Part shown: in pieces, positions 63,101 through 64,000 of the stretch
How the letters are laid out: every line of letters starts with the position of its first letter
Position numbering within the stretch: the stretch's first letter is position 1
From: Octopus sinensis
Lineage: Eukaryota
NCBI RefSeq assembly: GCF_006345805.1
Contig: NC_043006.1
Coordinates: forward strand, 17,732,001-17,796,000
DNA length: 64,000 bases
Direction: 5' to 3'
Notes under the pieces: generated by a model
Told to the model about the DNA's origin: nothing
The model's input: the letters and a program-made list of their open reading frames with translations, nothing else
Database searches by the model: none
Translations under genes and position numbers: made by a program

Positions 63101-64000
63101 GGAGGTGAGACACGTTGAATGCACTTGGAAAAAACATATGGAAAAAATTATTTCACACCGAGGTTACAAACAGGTCTTTTACGAAATATCTACTATATTT
63201 TTAAAGTCATTTTCACTTTGAAATATTTTTTAAATATACCAAAAAAATTTTTGGAATGGTATTCACTTGAAAATAATTTGAAAAAAACATTGAAATATTG
63301 TCTCTTTAAAGAAAGCTAAAATATAAATGCTTACTGTACAAACAACTTACATTTTTGAAATTACATTCACTTTAAAATAATTCTAAATAATTAAAATATT
63401 GTGTTTAACAAAAGCAAAAATAGAAACATTTACTGTAAAAAACAAATATTTTCTCATTGTCAAGTCACTATGTCTAATCAAAAGGTCAGAGATTCTTTCC
63501 TTTCAGGATTAACTTATTTTCGGAGTATTTTCCCATTGTGCACCGTTTTGGGTATTTATACCCCAAAAGCCCCTAATATCTCAATAACCAGTTGTCCGAT
63601 CTACGCAAAACTTGTTTTATTCCGTTTGTATTCACATTTCTGGAGAAAATTAATTCATAGTATTTTCCCATTATGTGCCAGTTTGGTTGGGTAACATTGC
63701 AAGCAAGCAAGATTCAAGCTCACTTTTAATGTATTACATGTATGTATGTATGTATTGTCCACTCTGCTGGGTGGTTGGTGCCTTCACATGTACATAAATC
63801 ATCCAATCCATGCTAGCTTGGAACATGGGCATTAAATGAGGATGATGATGTTATACAATAAGCTTTCCTTTCACAGTTTCTGTCTACTAAATTCACTCAC
63901 AACATATTGGTTGACCTGGGGCTGTAGTAGAAGGTGCTCCACAGTGGGACTGAACCCAAAACCACATGAATGCAAAGCAAGCTTCTTAACCATACAGCCA

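Noticed and set aside
837-63694. The many 60-130 aa ORFs rich in YI/HT/CV runs or shared SINE-derived peptides
   Set aside because: They are translations of (TA)n, (CA)n and SINE/LINE UTR sequence. They have no splice context or protein homology.

Overview
AT-rich, repeat-dense animal genomic DNA, most likely a coleoid cephalopod such as Octopus (inferred from the SINE/LINE repertoire and microsatellite load, not verified). The only host gene I can support is a + strand TRPM cation channel of the TRPM1/3/6/7-like group. It is seen as three consecutive N-terminal (MHR1/2) exons at 41203-41419, 51108-51232 and 61308-61479, joined by phase-compatible GT-AG introns of about 9.7 and 10.1 kb. I found no upstream exon in 1-41202, and the gene continues past the window. 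Nearly everything else is mobile DNA: at least three tRNA-derived SINE families, RTE LINE 3' ends with (GAT)n tails, a CR1/L2-type 3' fragment, and decayed mariner (DD34D) and maT (DD37D) transposases. There are also TTAA piggyBac-type MITEs, TA mariner/pogo-type MITEs, a non-autonomous Helitron and two ~350-bp TGT...ACA long-TIR (Ginger-like) MITEs. Most ORFs in the supplied track are artefacts of microsatellites and repeats. The most interesting signals are: minimal hammerhead-ribozyme-like motifs, one inside a tRNA-headed SINE; one SINE head carrying three unrelated 3' tails; young long hairpins; and inverted SINE pairs arranged around the TRPM exons that could form dsRNA for editing, splice bridging or back-splicing. 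Coordinates were read by eye, and repeat boundaries may be off by a few bases.
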